A DNA stretch of 64,000 nt from NCBI GenBank assembly GCA_963798845.1, contig CAWCUS010000001.1, positions 1 to 64,000 of the forward strand. The letters are read 5' to 3'. The notes under the pieces were generated by a model, which had not been told where the DNA came from, ran no database searches, and worked only from the letters and a program-made list of their open reading frames with translations. Of the stretch, positions 8,910 to 18,499 are shown piece by piece (position 1 is the first letter of the stretch; each line of letters begins with the position of its first letter). Both the position numbers and the translations under genes were made by a program. This DNA comes from an uncultured Gemmatimonadales bacterium (GTDB taxonomy: Bacteria; Gemmatimonadota; Gemmatimonadetes; Longimicrobiales; RSA9).

Positions 8910-9803
8910 TCAGCGTTCGTCGCCCGCCGCCTCCCTCGTGCGGGAGGCCTCGCCGCGGAAGAGCACGTCCACGGCGTCGGCGAAGAGCCGGCGCATGGCA
9001 CGGCCGTCCACTTTCGCCCGCACCTGCACGTCCCATTCGCCGCCGTCCTGACGCACCGCGCGGTAATGCGCCCGCGGAGTGGCCAGCTCCACCTCCCCCT
9101 CCTCCTCGCCGTCGAGCGGGACGTCCGCGGGCTCGCCGGCCGGCTCCCCTTCCGGACCGTTCCCGTCCGCGGAATTCCCGTCCGCGCTGCCGGAACCGGT
9201 GCGCGACGGAGACCGTGACGCACGCAGGCCCCCGCGCGCCTCGCCTCGGGCGGCCCGCTCCGCCGCCGCGCGGGCCGCGCGCCGTCGCTCGATCTTGCGG
9301 CGTCGCATGCGCGCCGCCTTCCAGGGTCCGACGTAGAACGTGCGGTCGGGATAGGGCCAGCCGAACTCATCGCGCACGGCCTCGAGCGCCTCCTTGCCCT
9401 CGCACCCGTCCTGGATCCGGGCATCGCAGAAGCGGATCAGGATGTTGCGCTTCTCGACACGGAGATCGGTGTAGCGGGCCGGATAATCGAGCGGGCCCCC
9501 CTCTTCGGGGGACCCGACGCGCTGCTCCACCTGCTCGGACGCGTGCGCCGCCGGCTGGCGCGACGCCCCGTTCCCGGCCTCGCGGAGCGTGGACGCCGTG
9601 CCGACCAGCCGCCCCACCATCAGCCGCCCGGCTTCCCGCTCGAGGCGGGGGAAGGCCCGCCGCGCGGCGCGCCGGAGCTGCACGTGGTCCGCATCCGCCC
9701 CCGCCAGGGCGAGCAGCTCTCTCGCCACCGACTCGCGGTAGCTCCGATCCCGCTTGAGCCGGTCCACGTCGAGGTCCGACAATGTGCCGTGGGAATGCTT
9801 CAT
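8910..9803 (-). CDS. Hypothetical protein, 297 aa
   Basis: ATG start, host-like codon usage, fills the gap and has a strong sigma54 motif upstream. No family recognised. Confidence 0.65.
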   Translation of the reverse strand: MKHSHGTLSDLDVDRLKRDRSYRESVARELLALAGADADHVQLRRAARRAFPRLEREAGRLMVGRLVGTASTLREAGNGASRQPAAHASEQVEQRVGSPEEGGPLDYPARYTDLRVEKRNILIRFCDARIQDGCEGKEALEAVRDEFGWPYPDRTFYVGPWKAARMRRRKIERRRAARAAAERAARGEARGGLRASRSPSRTGSGSADGNSADGNGPEGEPAGEPADVPLDGEEEGEVELATPRAHYRAVRQDGGEWDVQVRAKVDGRAMRRLFADAVDVLFRGEASRTREAAGDER

Positions 9804-9924
9804 CTCGCTGCGCGTGTGATGGAGAGATCCGTCCGGCGCCCCTCTGTCCGGCGGGTCTGGCGACCGCCATTCCGCCGGTCCGACATCGGAGGGTCCTCAC
9901 AGGAGAAGGGCGTCCGTCGAGCCA

Positions 9925-9940
9925 TGCAATGCGGGTGCCA
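9925..9940 (-). promoter_or_regulatory. Sigma54 (-24/-12) promoter of the 297-aa hypothetical gene
   Basis: Minus strand TGGCACCCGCATTGCA is a near-perfect TGGCAC-N5-TTGCA. Confidence 0.75.
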
Positions 9941-10016
9941 TGCACGGGCGCTCCGGGCCGCCCGGCCGCGGCGCGCGCGGCTTTACTACGCGCGGGGGTG
10001 AACCGTACGTTGACGC

Positions 10017-10763
10017 ATGCACCACGACCTCCTCCTCCTCAGCAACTCGTCGCTCCACGGACGTGGCTTTCTCGAGCACGCGCTGGGCGCCATCGAGACC
10101 TTCCTCGACGGGCGACGCACCGTCCACTTCGCCCCCTTCGCCCTGGCCAGCCACGACGCGTACACCGCCACGGTCCGGACCGCGCTGGCGCCGCTGGGCG
10201 TCGAAGTCGTGGGGCTCCATGCGGTGGCGGCGCGCGGGGCGGTGGAGGGCGCCGACGTCGTCTTCGTGGGCGGCGGCAACACGTTCCGGCTCCTGCGCGC
10301 CATCCAGCGCCTCGAGCTGCTCGAGCCGGTCCGGCGGCGCGTGGCCGCGGGCGAGCTGGCGTACATCGGCTCCAGCGCCGGCACCAACCTGGCCTGCCCG
10401 TCGATCCGGACGACCAACGACATGCCGATCGTCGAGCCGGCATCGCTCGAGGCGTTCGGCCTCGTCCCCTTCCAGATCAACGCGCACTACCTGGACCCCG
10501 ATCCGACCTCCACGCACATGGGCGAGACGCGCGAGCGGCGGATCCGTGAGTTCCTCGAAGAGAACGACGTCCCGGTGCTCGGGATGCGCGAGGGCGCCTG
10601 GCTGCGCCGCCTGGGCGACCGCCTCACCCTCGACGGCGACACCGGGGCGCTGCTCTTCCGCCGCGCTCGCGAGCCCGAGCCGTTCACCCGGGGCGACGAC
10701 CTCTCGCCGCTCCTCGAGGCCCCCGCCCGGTTCGACGTGCCGTCCGGGCCCGGTTCGCCGTGA
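10017..10763 (+). CDS. pepE: Dipeptidase E (peptidase S51)
   Basis: LLLLSNS, FVGGGNTFRLL, YIGSSAG, TTNDMPIV, FQINAHY and HMGETRE. Confidence 0.93.
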   Translation: MHHDLLLLSNSSLHGRGFLEHALGAIETFLDGRRTVHFAPFALASHDAYTATVRTALAPLGVEVVGLHAVAARGAVEGADVVFVGGGNTFRLLRAIQRLELLEPVRRRVAAGELAYIGSSAGTNLACPSIRTTNDMPIVEPASLEAFGLVPFQINAHYLDPDPTSTHMGETRERRIREFLEENDVPVLGMREGAWLRRLGDRLTLDGDTGALLFRRAREPEPFTRGDDLSPLLEAPARFDVPSGPGSP

Positions 10764-12364
10764 GCCCACGCTGGGAGGAGGCGGGACCGGGTCGCCGGCG
10801 AGTGGGGCTCGTCCTCGGGCCCGCCGTCTTCGGCCTCTTCCTCGCCCTGCGTCCGCCCGCCGGGCTCGATCCCGGCGCCTGGCACACCGCCGCCGCGGGG
10901 CTGCTCATGGCGATCTGGTGGGTGACGGAAGCGGTCCCGATCCCGGCCACCGCCCTGCTCCCTCTGGTCCTCTTCCCCCTGCTCGGCGTGCTCGAGCCCG
11001 CCGATGCGGCGGCCCCCTACGCGAACCCCATCATCTTCCTCTTCCTGGGCGGGTTCCTGCTCGCCGCCGCCATGCAGAAATGGGCGCTCCACCGGCGCCT
11101 CGCGCTCTCGGTGGTGACGGCGCTCGGGACCCGGCCCCACTCGCTGGTGCTCGGCTTCATGGTGGCCACGGCCTTCCTCAGCATGTGGGTGAGCAACACG
11201 GCCACGGCGGTGATGATGATGCCGATCGGACTCTCCGTCGTGGAGCTGGTCACCGCCGGGACCGATTCGGGCGGCCCGGTCCAGGTCGACTTCGGCACCG
11301 CCCTCATGCTCGGCATCGCCTACGCCGCCAGCATCGGCGGCCTGGCCACCCTCATCGGAACGCCGCCGAACGCGCTTCTGGCCGGCTTCATGAGCGAGAC
11401 CTACGGCGTCGAGATCGGCTTCGCACAGTGGATGATCGTCGGCCTGCCGCTCACCGTCCTCTCGCTTCCCCTGGTATGGCTCCTCCTCACCCGCGTCCTC
11501 TTCCCCATCCGCATCCGCGAGATCCCCGGAGGACGGGACGCCATCCGGGCCGAGCTCCGCGCGCTGGGACCCGTCGCCCCCGCAGAGCGGAGAGTCGCCG
11601 TCGTGTTCATCCTCACCGCCCTCGCCTGGATCACCCGGCCACTCCTCGACGACGTCCTCCCCGGTCTCAACGACACCAGCATCGCCATGACCGCCGCCCT
11701 CGTCCTCTTCCTCGCCCCCGCCGGGCGCCGCCGCCGCCAGGTAGCGGGGCGCACGGATGGGGTGGGTGAGGCTGCCGGCGTGAGTGCGGTGGGAGGGGTG
11801 GGAGGGGTGGGAGGGGTGGGAGGGGCGAGCTCGGGACACGATCCGGGGGCCCGAGCCGACGAAGCTGCTGGCGCCGGCGCTACCGGTGCGCTGCTGGACT
11901 GGGACTCGGCCCGGGACCTTCCCTGGGGCGTCCTCCTCCTCTTCGGCGGCGGCCTCAGCCTGGCCCACGCCGTGACCGCCACCGGTCTCGCCGGGTGGAT
12001 CGGCGGAGCGCTTGGCGTCCTGCACGCGTGGCCTACCGTGCTCGTGGTGGTGGCCGTGACCACCGTGATCGTCTTCCTGACGGAGCTCACCAGCAACACC
12101 GCCACCGCCGCCGCGTTCCTCCCCGTGCTCGCCCCGCTCGCCGTGGCCGTGGGGCAGGACCCGCTGCGCCTCCTGGTCCCCGCCGCCCTCGGCGCCAGCT
12201 GCGCGTTCATGATGCCCGTCGCGACCCCGCCCAACGCCATCGTCTACGGCAGCGGCTATGTCACCATCCCCCAGATGGCGCGCTCCGGCCTCGTGCTCAA
12301 CCTCCTCTTCATCGGCCTGATCACCGGTCTCGCATATACGCTGGTGGTCGTGGCCTTCACCTGA
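10760..12364 (+). CDS. DASS/SLC13 family sodium-coupled di/tricarboxylate or sulfate transporter
   Basis: WWVTEAVP, LSMWVSNTATA, GTPPNA, LTELTSNTAT and FMMPVATPPNAIVYG, with multiple TM helices. The GTG start overlaps the pepE stop. Confidence 0.92.
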   Translation: MSPRWEEAGPGRRRVGLVLGPAVFGLFLALRPPAGLDPGAWHTAAAGLLMAIWWVTEAVPIPATALLPLVLFPLLGVLEPADAAAPYANPIIFLFLGGFLLAAAMQKWALHRRLALSVVTALGTRPHSLVLGFMVATAFLSMWVSNTATAVMMMPIGLSVVELVTAGTDSGGPVQVDFGTALMLGIAYAASIGGLATLIGTPPNALLAGFMSETYGVEIGFAQWMIVGLPLTVLSLPLVWLLLTRVLFPIRIREIPGGRDAIRAELRALGPVAPAERRVAVVFILTALAWITRPLLDDVLPGLNDTSIAMTAALVLFLAPAGRRRRQVAGRTDGVGEAAGVSAVGGVGGVGGVGGASSGHDPGARADEAAGAGATGALLDWDSARDLPWGVLLLFGGGLSLAHAVTATGLAGWIGGALGVLHAWPTVLVVVAVTTVIVFLTELTSNTATAAAFLPVLAPLAVAVGQDPLRLLVPAALGASCAFMMPVATPPNAIVYGSGYVTIPQMARSGLVLNLLFIGLITGLAYTLVVVAFT

Positions 12365-12406
12365 TCGCGGCGTCGCCCCTTCCCGGCTCCGGCAGTTCTC
12401 CGGGGC

Positions 12407-13846
12407 TCAGAGGATGGGGGTGGTGAGGCGGGCGATGTTGTCGCCGAAGGTGCGGAGGAATCCGCGGCGGGCCCATGCGTCGGGGCGGACATCGTCTGCG
12501 CCCTCCATGTACTCCTCCTGGAGGTAGTGGAGCTGGGAGGCGAAGTCGGTGTCGTAGACGAGGAGCGCGAGCTCGAAGTTGAGCGAGAAGCTGCGCACGT
12601 CGAGGTTGGCGGAGCCGAGGATGGCGAACTCGCGATCGAGCGTGAGCGTCTTGGCGTGGAGGAGCGCGCCGGGGTACTCGAGGATGCGGACGCCGGCGTC
12701 GAGGAGGTAGCCGTAGTGGGATCGGCCGGCGGCCTGGGTGAGCTTGCTGTCGCCGCGGCGCGGGAGGACCAGGACCACCTCGACCCCGCGCAGCGCGGCG
12801 GTGCGCATGGCCGCGAGGAGGGCGTCGTCGGGGACGAAGTAGGGAGTGGTGAGGACCACGCGCTCGCGGGCCAGCTGGAGCGTCTGGACGATGACGTCGA
12901 GGAGCGGAGCGCGGCGGTCACGGGTGGGCGCGGTCGGCAGGAGCGAGGCGGTGATCCCGCGCTCGGGAAGGTCGAGCGGCGGGAAGTAGGCCACGTCGTC
13001 CGGCAGCGCTCCGGCGTTGAACGCCCAGTCCTCGAGGAATGTCTCCTGGATGTCGTAGACCACCGGCCCCTCGACGCGCACGGAGATGTCCATCCACTCG
13101 CCGAACGCCGCCTTCCCCGGGTAGACCGGGTCGGTGAGGTTGTGGCTCCCCATGTAGCCGACGCGTCCGTCGATGACGGCGAGCTTGCGGTGGTTGCGCA
13201 GGTCGATCCTGGCGACCATGGCCCGCAGCGCGTTCACGGGCAGCGCAGCCGCGACCTCGACCCCTCCCGCGCGCAGACGGCGGCAGGTGGCCCCGCGCAG
13301 GAACCGGCGGGAGCCGCTGGCGTCCAGGAGGAGGCGGCAGCTCACGCCCCGGCGCCTGGCGCGAACCAGCGCGTCCGCGACGGCGCGGGTGATGGGATCG
13401 TGGTCCGAGTCGTCGGCGATGTAGAAGACCAGGTGGCAGTGGTGCTCGGCCGAGTCGATGTCCGCCACCATGCGCCCGAACAGGTCGGCCGGCTCGTTGG
13501 CCAGCTCCATGCTGTTGCGCGGCCGCGGGTCAAGTGCGCCGACGGCGCACGCGAGGCGGGAGATGGTGCGGTAGGGCTCGCACAGCTCCGGCGTGCCCAG
13601 GCGCTGGAACTGGCGGCGCAGCTCGGGGGACGCCTGGACCGCGTCCACCAGGCTCTCGTACTCCCGGGAGCGCCGGTGCCCGAGCCGCACCTCGCCGAAC
13701 ATGAGGTACAGCACCGCACCGGCAAAGGGGAGGAACGCCACCACGACCAGCCACCCCAGGGCGGCGGTCACGGAGCGCTTGCGGGTGATGATCACCAGGA
13801 ACATCACCAGTCGCACGACCCATTCAGCTACGAAGACCCAGCGCAT
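12407..13846 (-). CDS. cls: Cardiolipin synthase (PLD family)
   Basis: Two N-terminal TM helices and two HKD motifs (NHRKLAVIDG; LHAKTLTLD...GSANLDVRS). Confidence 0.92.
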   Translation of the reverse strand: MRWVFVAEWVVRLVMFLVIITRKRSVTAALGWLVVVAFLPFAGAVLYLMFGEVRLGHRRSREYESLVDAVQASPELRRQFQRLGTPELCEPYRTISRLACAVGALDPRPRNSMELANEPADLFGRMVADIDSAEHHCHLVFYIADDSDHDPITRAVADALVRARRRGVSCRLLLDASGSRRFLRGATCRRLRAGGVEVAAALPVNALRAMVARIDLRNHRKLAVIDGRVGYMGSHNLTDPVYPGKAAFGEWMDISVRVEGPVVYDIQETFLEDWAFNAGALPDDVAYFPPLDLPERGITASLLPTAPTRDRRAPLLDVIVQTLQLARERVVLTTPYFVPDDALLAAMRTAALRGVEVVLVLPRRGDSKLTQAAGRSHYGYLLDAGVRILEYPGALLHAKTLTLDREFAILGSANLDVRSFSLNFELALLVYDTDFASQLHYLQEEYMEGADDVRPDAWARRGFLRTFGDNIARLTTPIL

Positions 13847-13879
13847 CGACGGACAGGTTACCGCCGACGGCGGCGCCGA

Positions 13880-15706
13880 TCAACGCACCAGCAGCGCCGC
13901 GCTCGCCGCCGGCAGGGCCACGGCACCGTCGGTCGCTCGCGCCTCGCCCCGGCTCGCGAGCGCCACGACCCATGCGCCCGCGTCCCCGAACGCCCCATCC
14001 AGCGAGACCGTGCGCGGCTGGTCGGACACGTTGCACGCCAGGAGCGTGTCGCCGCGGCGGACCGTGAGCGTCCGGGCGCCCTCGTCGGCGCGGGCGTCCA
14101 CGTCGCCCGGCGGCCCCGTGCCCAGCCCGGGGCGCCGGCGTCGGAGCGCGATGAGCGCGCGGTACCACGCCTCGACCGATGCGTGCGGCTCCGTTTCACG
14201 CTCGTCCCAGCGCAGCTTCGAGCGCTGGAACGTGGCGGGATCCTGCGGGTCCGGCACGGCCTCGGGGTCCCAGCCGAAAGCCGCGAACTCGGCGCGGCGC
14301 CCCTCGCGCACGGCGCGCCCCAGCTCGGGCTCGGGGTGGTCGGTGAAGTACTGGAAGGGCGACGACGCCGCCCACTCCTCGCCCTGGAAGAGCATGGGGA
14401 CGAAGGGCGACGTGAGCACGAGCGCCGCCGCCACCTTCTGCAGCTCGGGCCCGACCAGCTGGCCGATCCTCTCTCCCACCGCCCGGTTCCCCACCTGGTC
14501 GTGGGTCTGGAGGTAGCCGAGAAAGCGCCGCCCCGGCAGCCCATCGGCCGGGCGGCCATGGCGACGGCCGCGGTAGTGGGAGTACCGCCCCGCGTAGACA
14601 TACGCGTGGCGAAGCGCCGTGGCGATGTCGCCGAGGGCGCCGAAGTCGCCGTAGTAGCCCGCGGTCTCACCCGTGAGGGCGGCGTGGAGCGCGTGGTGGA
14701 AGTCGTCGCTCCACTGGGCGTTCAGCCCGTAGCCGCCGGCCTCGGGGCTGCGCACGATGCGGGGATCGTTCAGGTCGCTTTCGGCGATGAGCCACAGCGG
14801 GCGGCCGACCTCCGCTTCCAGCGCGCGCGTCTCCACCGCCAGCTCCTCGAGGATGTGCACGGCGGACGCGTCGACAATGGCGTGCACCGCGTCCAGCCGC
14901 AGGCCGTCGATGCCGTACTCTCCGAGCCACATGCGCGCGTTGTCCAGGAAGAAGCGCCGGACCTCGTCGCTTCCCCACCCGTCGAGGTTCGGCGCGTCGC
15001 CCCACGGCGTCTGGTAGCGGTCGGTGAAGTACGGCCCGAGCTCGGCCAGGTAGTTCCCGCTCGGACCGAGGTGGTTGTACACCACGTCCAGGATCACGCC
15101 CAGCCCCCGACCGTGGCACGCGTCCACGAAGCGATGCAGCGCCGCCGGGCCGCCGTACGCCTCGTGCACCGCGTACAGGTCCACGCCGTCGTAGCCCCAG
15201 CCGTGGCGCCCCGGGAACGCATTCACGGGCATGAGCGACACCGCGTCCACCCCGAGCGCCGTCAGGTGGCCCAGCCGCCCGATCGCCGCGTCCAGCGTCC
15301 CCTCCGGCGTGAACGTGCCGACGTGCAGCTCGTAGAGCACCGATCGCGGCAGGTCCAGCCCCGTCCAGGCCCCACCGCCCGAGCCGCGTTCGTCCCCCCG
15401 TGCGTCGCCCGCCTCCGTGCCGGGCCCGCCTCCCGCGCGGCCGCGTTCGTCGCCCACCACGCGGCTGGGCCCGTGCACGCCCTCCGGCTGCCAGCGGGAG
15501 CGGGGGTCGGGGCGAGGCTCGCCGTCGTCCACCGAGAACGCGTAGTCGGCGCCGGGCCCCGCCTCCGGCACGTCCACGTGCCACCACCCGCCGAAGCCGG
15601 CCGCGGGCGATGCGGCGGCGCGGCCCGGGCGCATCGGACGCCGCTCGTCGCCCAGGATGAGATCCACGCGCTCGGCCCGCGGAGCCCAGACCTCGAACCT
15701 GCTCAA
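13880..15706 (-). CDS. treZ: Malto-oligosyltrehalose trehalohydrolase (GH13)
   Basis: FEVWAP, YELHVGTFTPEGT, WGYDGV, DVVYNH, LRLDAVHA, AESDLND, HDQVGNR. TTG start at 15706 overlaps the treY stop and has a GGGAGG RBS. Confidence 0.93.
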   Translation of the reverse strand: MSRFEVWAPRAERVDLILGDERRPMRPGRAAASPAAGFGGWWHVDVPEAGPGADYAFSVDDGEPRPDPRSRWQPEGVHGPSRVVGDERGRAGGGPGTEAGDARGDERGSGGGAWTGLDLPRSVLYELHVGTFTPEGTLDAAIGRLGHLTALGVDAVSLMPVNAFPGRHGWGYDGVDLYAVHEAYGGPAALHRFVDACHGRGLGVILDVVYNHLGPSGNYLAELGPYFTDRYQTPWGDAPNLDGWGSDEVRRFFLDNARMWLGEYGIDGLRLDAVHAIVDASAVHILEELAVETRALEAEVGRPLWLIAESDLNDPRIVRSPEAGGYGLNAQWSDDFHHALHAALTGETAGYYGDFGALGDIATALRHAYVYAGRYSHYRGRRHGRPADGLPGRRFLGYLQTHDQVGNRAVGERIGQLVGPELQKVAAALVLTSPFVPMLFQGEEWAASSPFQYFTDHPEPELGRAVREGRRAEFAAFGWDPEAVPDPQDPATFQRSKLRWDERETEPHASVEAWYRALIALRRRRPGLGTGPPGDVDARADEGARTLTVRRGDTLLACNVSDQPRTVSLDGAFGDAGAWVVALASRGEARATDGAVALPAASAALLVR

Positions 15707-18369
15707 GGGCCCGCCTCCCGCTCCAGAAGCGCAACGGGGAAGCGGCCGAGGAGCGTCCGGAGCTCCACGCGGCCGCCGCTCACGCGCGCGCCCGTGAGCG
15801 CGTTGCGCCATCTTCCGCGCGGCAGCGCCACCGTGGACCCTCGCCAGCCGCCGAGCGCGGCGAGGCCCATGGGGAGGCGAGGCACCACCGTGGCCACGCG
15901 ACTCCCGCGCACGAACGCCAGCACGTGGCGCGACGCGGTGCCGTCGACTTCCAGCGGCTCGTACGAAGCGCCTGGCGCGAACGCGCCCGGGCGGCGCTGC
16001 CGGGCATGGAGGGCCTCGTAGACCACGCGCAGCTTCGGCCCTCCCGTGTGCATGGCTGCCAGCACTTCGGACGCCGGCGCCGCCCTCACCTCTTCCAGCA
16101 GGCGACGCCGGGCAGCGAAGTCCACCGGCCGCCGGTTGTCCGGGTCCACCAGGCTGAAGTCCCACAGCTCGGCCCCCTGGTAGATGTCCGGCACGCCCGG
16201 CGACGTCAGCTGCGCCAGCTTCTGCGCCAGCGAGTTGATCCGGCCGGCCCCCGCGATCCGGGCGACGAAGCGCTCGATCTCCCCGGCCAGCGGTCCGGCC
16301 AGCGCTATCTCGACGAACTCGCGCAGCGCCGCCTCGTACGCGTCGTCGGGGTCCGTCCACGACGTCCGCAGCCTGGCCTCCCGCGCCGCCTTCCGCATGT
16401 ACTCGCCGAGCCGGTCGGGGCCGATCGGCCACGCGCCCACGGCCGTCTGGAAGAACAGGTACGTCATGGCCGGGTCCGGGGGGACGTCGGACGGCCACGC
16501 CGACGCCGCGAGACCCCGCCACCGGTCGACGGCGTCCAGCCACCGCTCCGGCACCTCGGCGAGCACCAGCAGCCTCGCCCGCACGTCCTCCGACCGCTTC
16601 GTGTCGTGCGTGGACAGCGTGGTCATGGTGCCGGGCCACGCTTCGGCGCGGAACGCCGAGCGGGCGTGGAACGTCGCCACCGGCACGCTCCAGCGGCCCG
16701 GGTCCGAGCCCACCTCGTTCAGCGCCACGAAGCGGGCGTAACGGTAGAAGGCCGTGTCCTCTTCCCCCTTCGCGGCCACCGCGCCCGTGAGCTGCTGGAA
16801 GCGCGCCCGCAGTCCCCTCGCCTCCGGCTCCGACTCCTCCCCCAGCAGTACGCGACGCAGGAACGACAGCAGCTCCCCGTCGATTTCCGGCCGCTTCGCC
16901 GCCGCGTCCGCCACCGCCCGCTCCACCACGGCGCGGTCCTGGTCCGACGCCTTCCCATCATCGTCCACGTAGCTCCGGTACACGGGAAAGGCCGCCGCCA
17001 CCTCCTCCAGTGCGTCGCGCAGCGCGCGCCGCGTGAAGTCGCGGTACCGCCTGCGCTCCTCGCACAGGCCGACGAAGATGTTGGCGAGGCGGTTCAGGTC
17101 GGCGCCGAGCACGTCGCGCAGGATGGCGCGCCTGGCCTCGTACGCGACGTCGCCGTAGCTCCGCCGATCCCCGGTCATCGCGTGCCACAGCTCGGTGAGC
17201 GGCGCTTCGCCCCCGGGATCGAGGAAGACCCCGGTGAGGTCGGCCAGGACGTCGTAGCCCGTGGTCCCGTCCAGCGACCACGGCCGGAGCGGCTCACCCG
17301 GCATCAGCACCTTCTCCGCCACGATCCACGCCCGTGGCGAGGCCGCCCGCAGGCGCCGGAAGTACGCGGCGGGGTCTCGCAGACCATCCGGGTGGTCCAC
17401 GCGGATCCCGTCCACCGCACCCCGCTGCGCCAGCGACAGCACTTCACCGTGCACCGCGTCGAACACGAGGGGGTCCTCGATCCGCAACGCGGCCAGCGAG
17501 TTGATGTCGAAGAAGCGACGGTAGTCCAGCTCCTGACGGGCCGTTCGCCAGTACGCCAGGCGGTAGTGCTGCTCGTTCAGGAGCGCGTCCAGCGCGTCCG
17601 CCGACGCGTTCAGCGCCACCACCGCGCCGTCCAGCGCCGCGGCCGCCTGCTCGTCATGCACCAGCCCGGCCAGTCGCGCATCCACGACGTCCACATCCCG
17701 CTGTCGCGAGGCGCGCGCGTCCGCGTTCGCCTCCCGGGGCTCGGGCAGGCGCGCCAGCACGCCGGCGAGGAACGCCATCTCGCTGGCCGCGTCTCCGCCC
17801 TCCGCGGCACGCGCCGCCGCCTCCGAGAGGACGCGGCACAGCGAGCGCGGCGCCAGCGGCAGGACGTGGTCGTGGTAGCGGACGGTCAGCTCGCCCCCGT
17901 CGCGCTCGACGCGGATGCGCCCCGCCTCGAGCTCGCGGCCGTAGTGGTCCCCCAGCACCGGCATCAGGACCTGGTCGCGCAGCTTCGGCTCGGGCGGGTC
18001 CCAGTCCACGTCGAAATAGCGGGCGTAGCGGCTCGCCGGGCCATGGCGAAGGAGGTCCCACCACCACGCGTTCTCCCGCCCCGTCGCCGCCATGTGGTTC
18101 GGCACGACGTCCAGCACGTGACCCAGACCGTGCCGCGAGAGCGCCTCGATCATGCGCTCCAGCCCCGCGGCACCGCCCAGATCGTCGCTCACCCGGGTCG
18201 GATCCACCACGTCGTAGCCGTGCGTGCTCCCGGGCGCCGCCTGCATGTAGGGTGATGCGTACAGGTGCGAGACGCCCAGCGCGGCGAGGTAGTCCGCGAT
18301 CCCGGCGGCCGCGTCGAAGTCGAACCCGGGGCTCAGCTGGATCCGGTAGGTGGCGCGTGGCGTGGGCAT
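15703..18369 (-). CDS. treY: Malto-oligosyltrehalose synthase
   Basis: ATYRIQL, GSTHGYDVVD, DVVPNHM, YRRFFDI, RVDHPDGL, KGEEDTAFYRY, STHDTKRSEDVRAR and SLVDPDNRRPVD. Confidence 0.95.
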   Translation of the reverse strand: MPTPRATYRIQLSPGFDFDAAAGIADYLAALGVSHLYASPYMQAAPGSTHGYDVVDPTRVSDDLGGAAGLERMIEALSRHGLGHVLDVVPNHMAATGRENAWWWDLLRHGPASRYARYFDVDWDPPEPKLRDQVLMPVLGDHYGRELEAGRIRVERDGGELTVRYHDHVLPLAPRSLCRVLSEAAARAAEGGDAASEMAFLAGVLARLPEPREANADARASRQRDVDVVDARLAGLVHDEQAAAALDGAVVALNASADALDALLNEQHYRLAYWRTARQELDYRRFFDINSLAALRIEDPLVFDAVHGEVLSLAQRGAVDGIRVDHPDGLRDPAAYFRRLRAASPRAWIVAEKVLMPGEPLRPWSLDGTTGYDVLADLTGVFLDPGGEAPLTELWHAMTGDRRSYGDVAYEARRAILRDVLGADLNRLANIFVGLCEERRRYRDFTRRALRDALEEVAAAFPVYRSYVDDDGKASDQDRAVVERAVADAAAKRPEIDGELLSFLRRVLLGEESEPEARGLRARFQQLTGAVAAKGEEDTAFYRYARFVALNEVGSDPGRWSVPVATFHARSAFRAEAWPGTMTTLSTHDTKRSEDVRARLLVLAEVPERWLDAVDRWRGLAASAWPSDVPPDPAMTYLFFQTAVGAWPIGPDRLGEYMRKAAREARLRTSWTDPDDAYEAALREFVEIALAGPLAGEIERFVARIAGAGRINSLAQKLAQLTSPGVPDIYQGAELWDFSLVDPDNRRPVDFAARRRLLEEVRAAPASEVLAAMHTGGPKLRVVYEALHARQRRPGAFAPGASYEPLEVDGTASRHVLAFVRGSRVATVVPRLPMGLAALGGWRGSTVALPRGRWRNALTGARVSGGRVELRTLLGRFPVALLEREAGP

Positions 18370-18499
18370 CGTGCGGTGGCGCGATGCAGGTTCTGTACTA
18401 AATGGGAGCCCGGAGAACGCCGGGGAAGCCTGCTCACGGGGGGCCCGGAGAGCGCCGGGGACGCGTTCTCGCGCGGAGCCGCGCGGCCCGGCCTCGCCT

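Noticed and set aside
12527..16021. Very long alternative ORFs (e.g. 12527-16021 +, 42297-45956 +, 15925-18255 +, 23090-25396 +)
   Set aside because: They are antisense shadows of well-supported genes. Stop codons are scarce at this GC, and the translations are Arg/Pro/Ala-rich with no motifs.
13880..16639. Long N-terminal extensions in the ORF track (treZ 919 aa, hypE 806 aa, actD 680 aa, actF 698 aa, coxC 754 aa, norQ 535 aa)
   Set aside because: The extensions overlap the upstream genes out of frame. The true starts lie at the upstream stop codons.
18385..18400. Sigma54-like element upstream of treY (TAGTACAGAACCTGCA, minus strand)
   Set aside because: It has AG instead of the near-invariant GG at -24.
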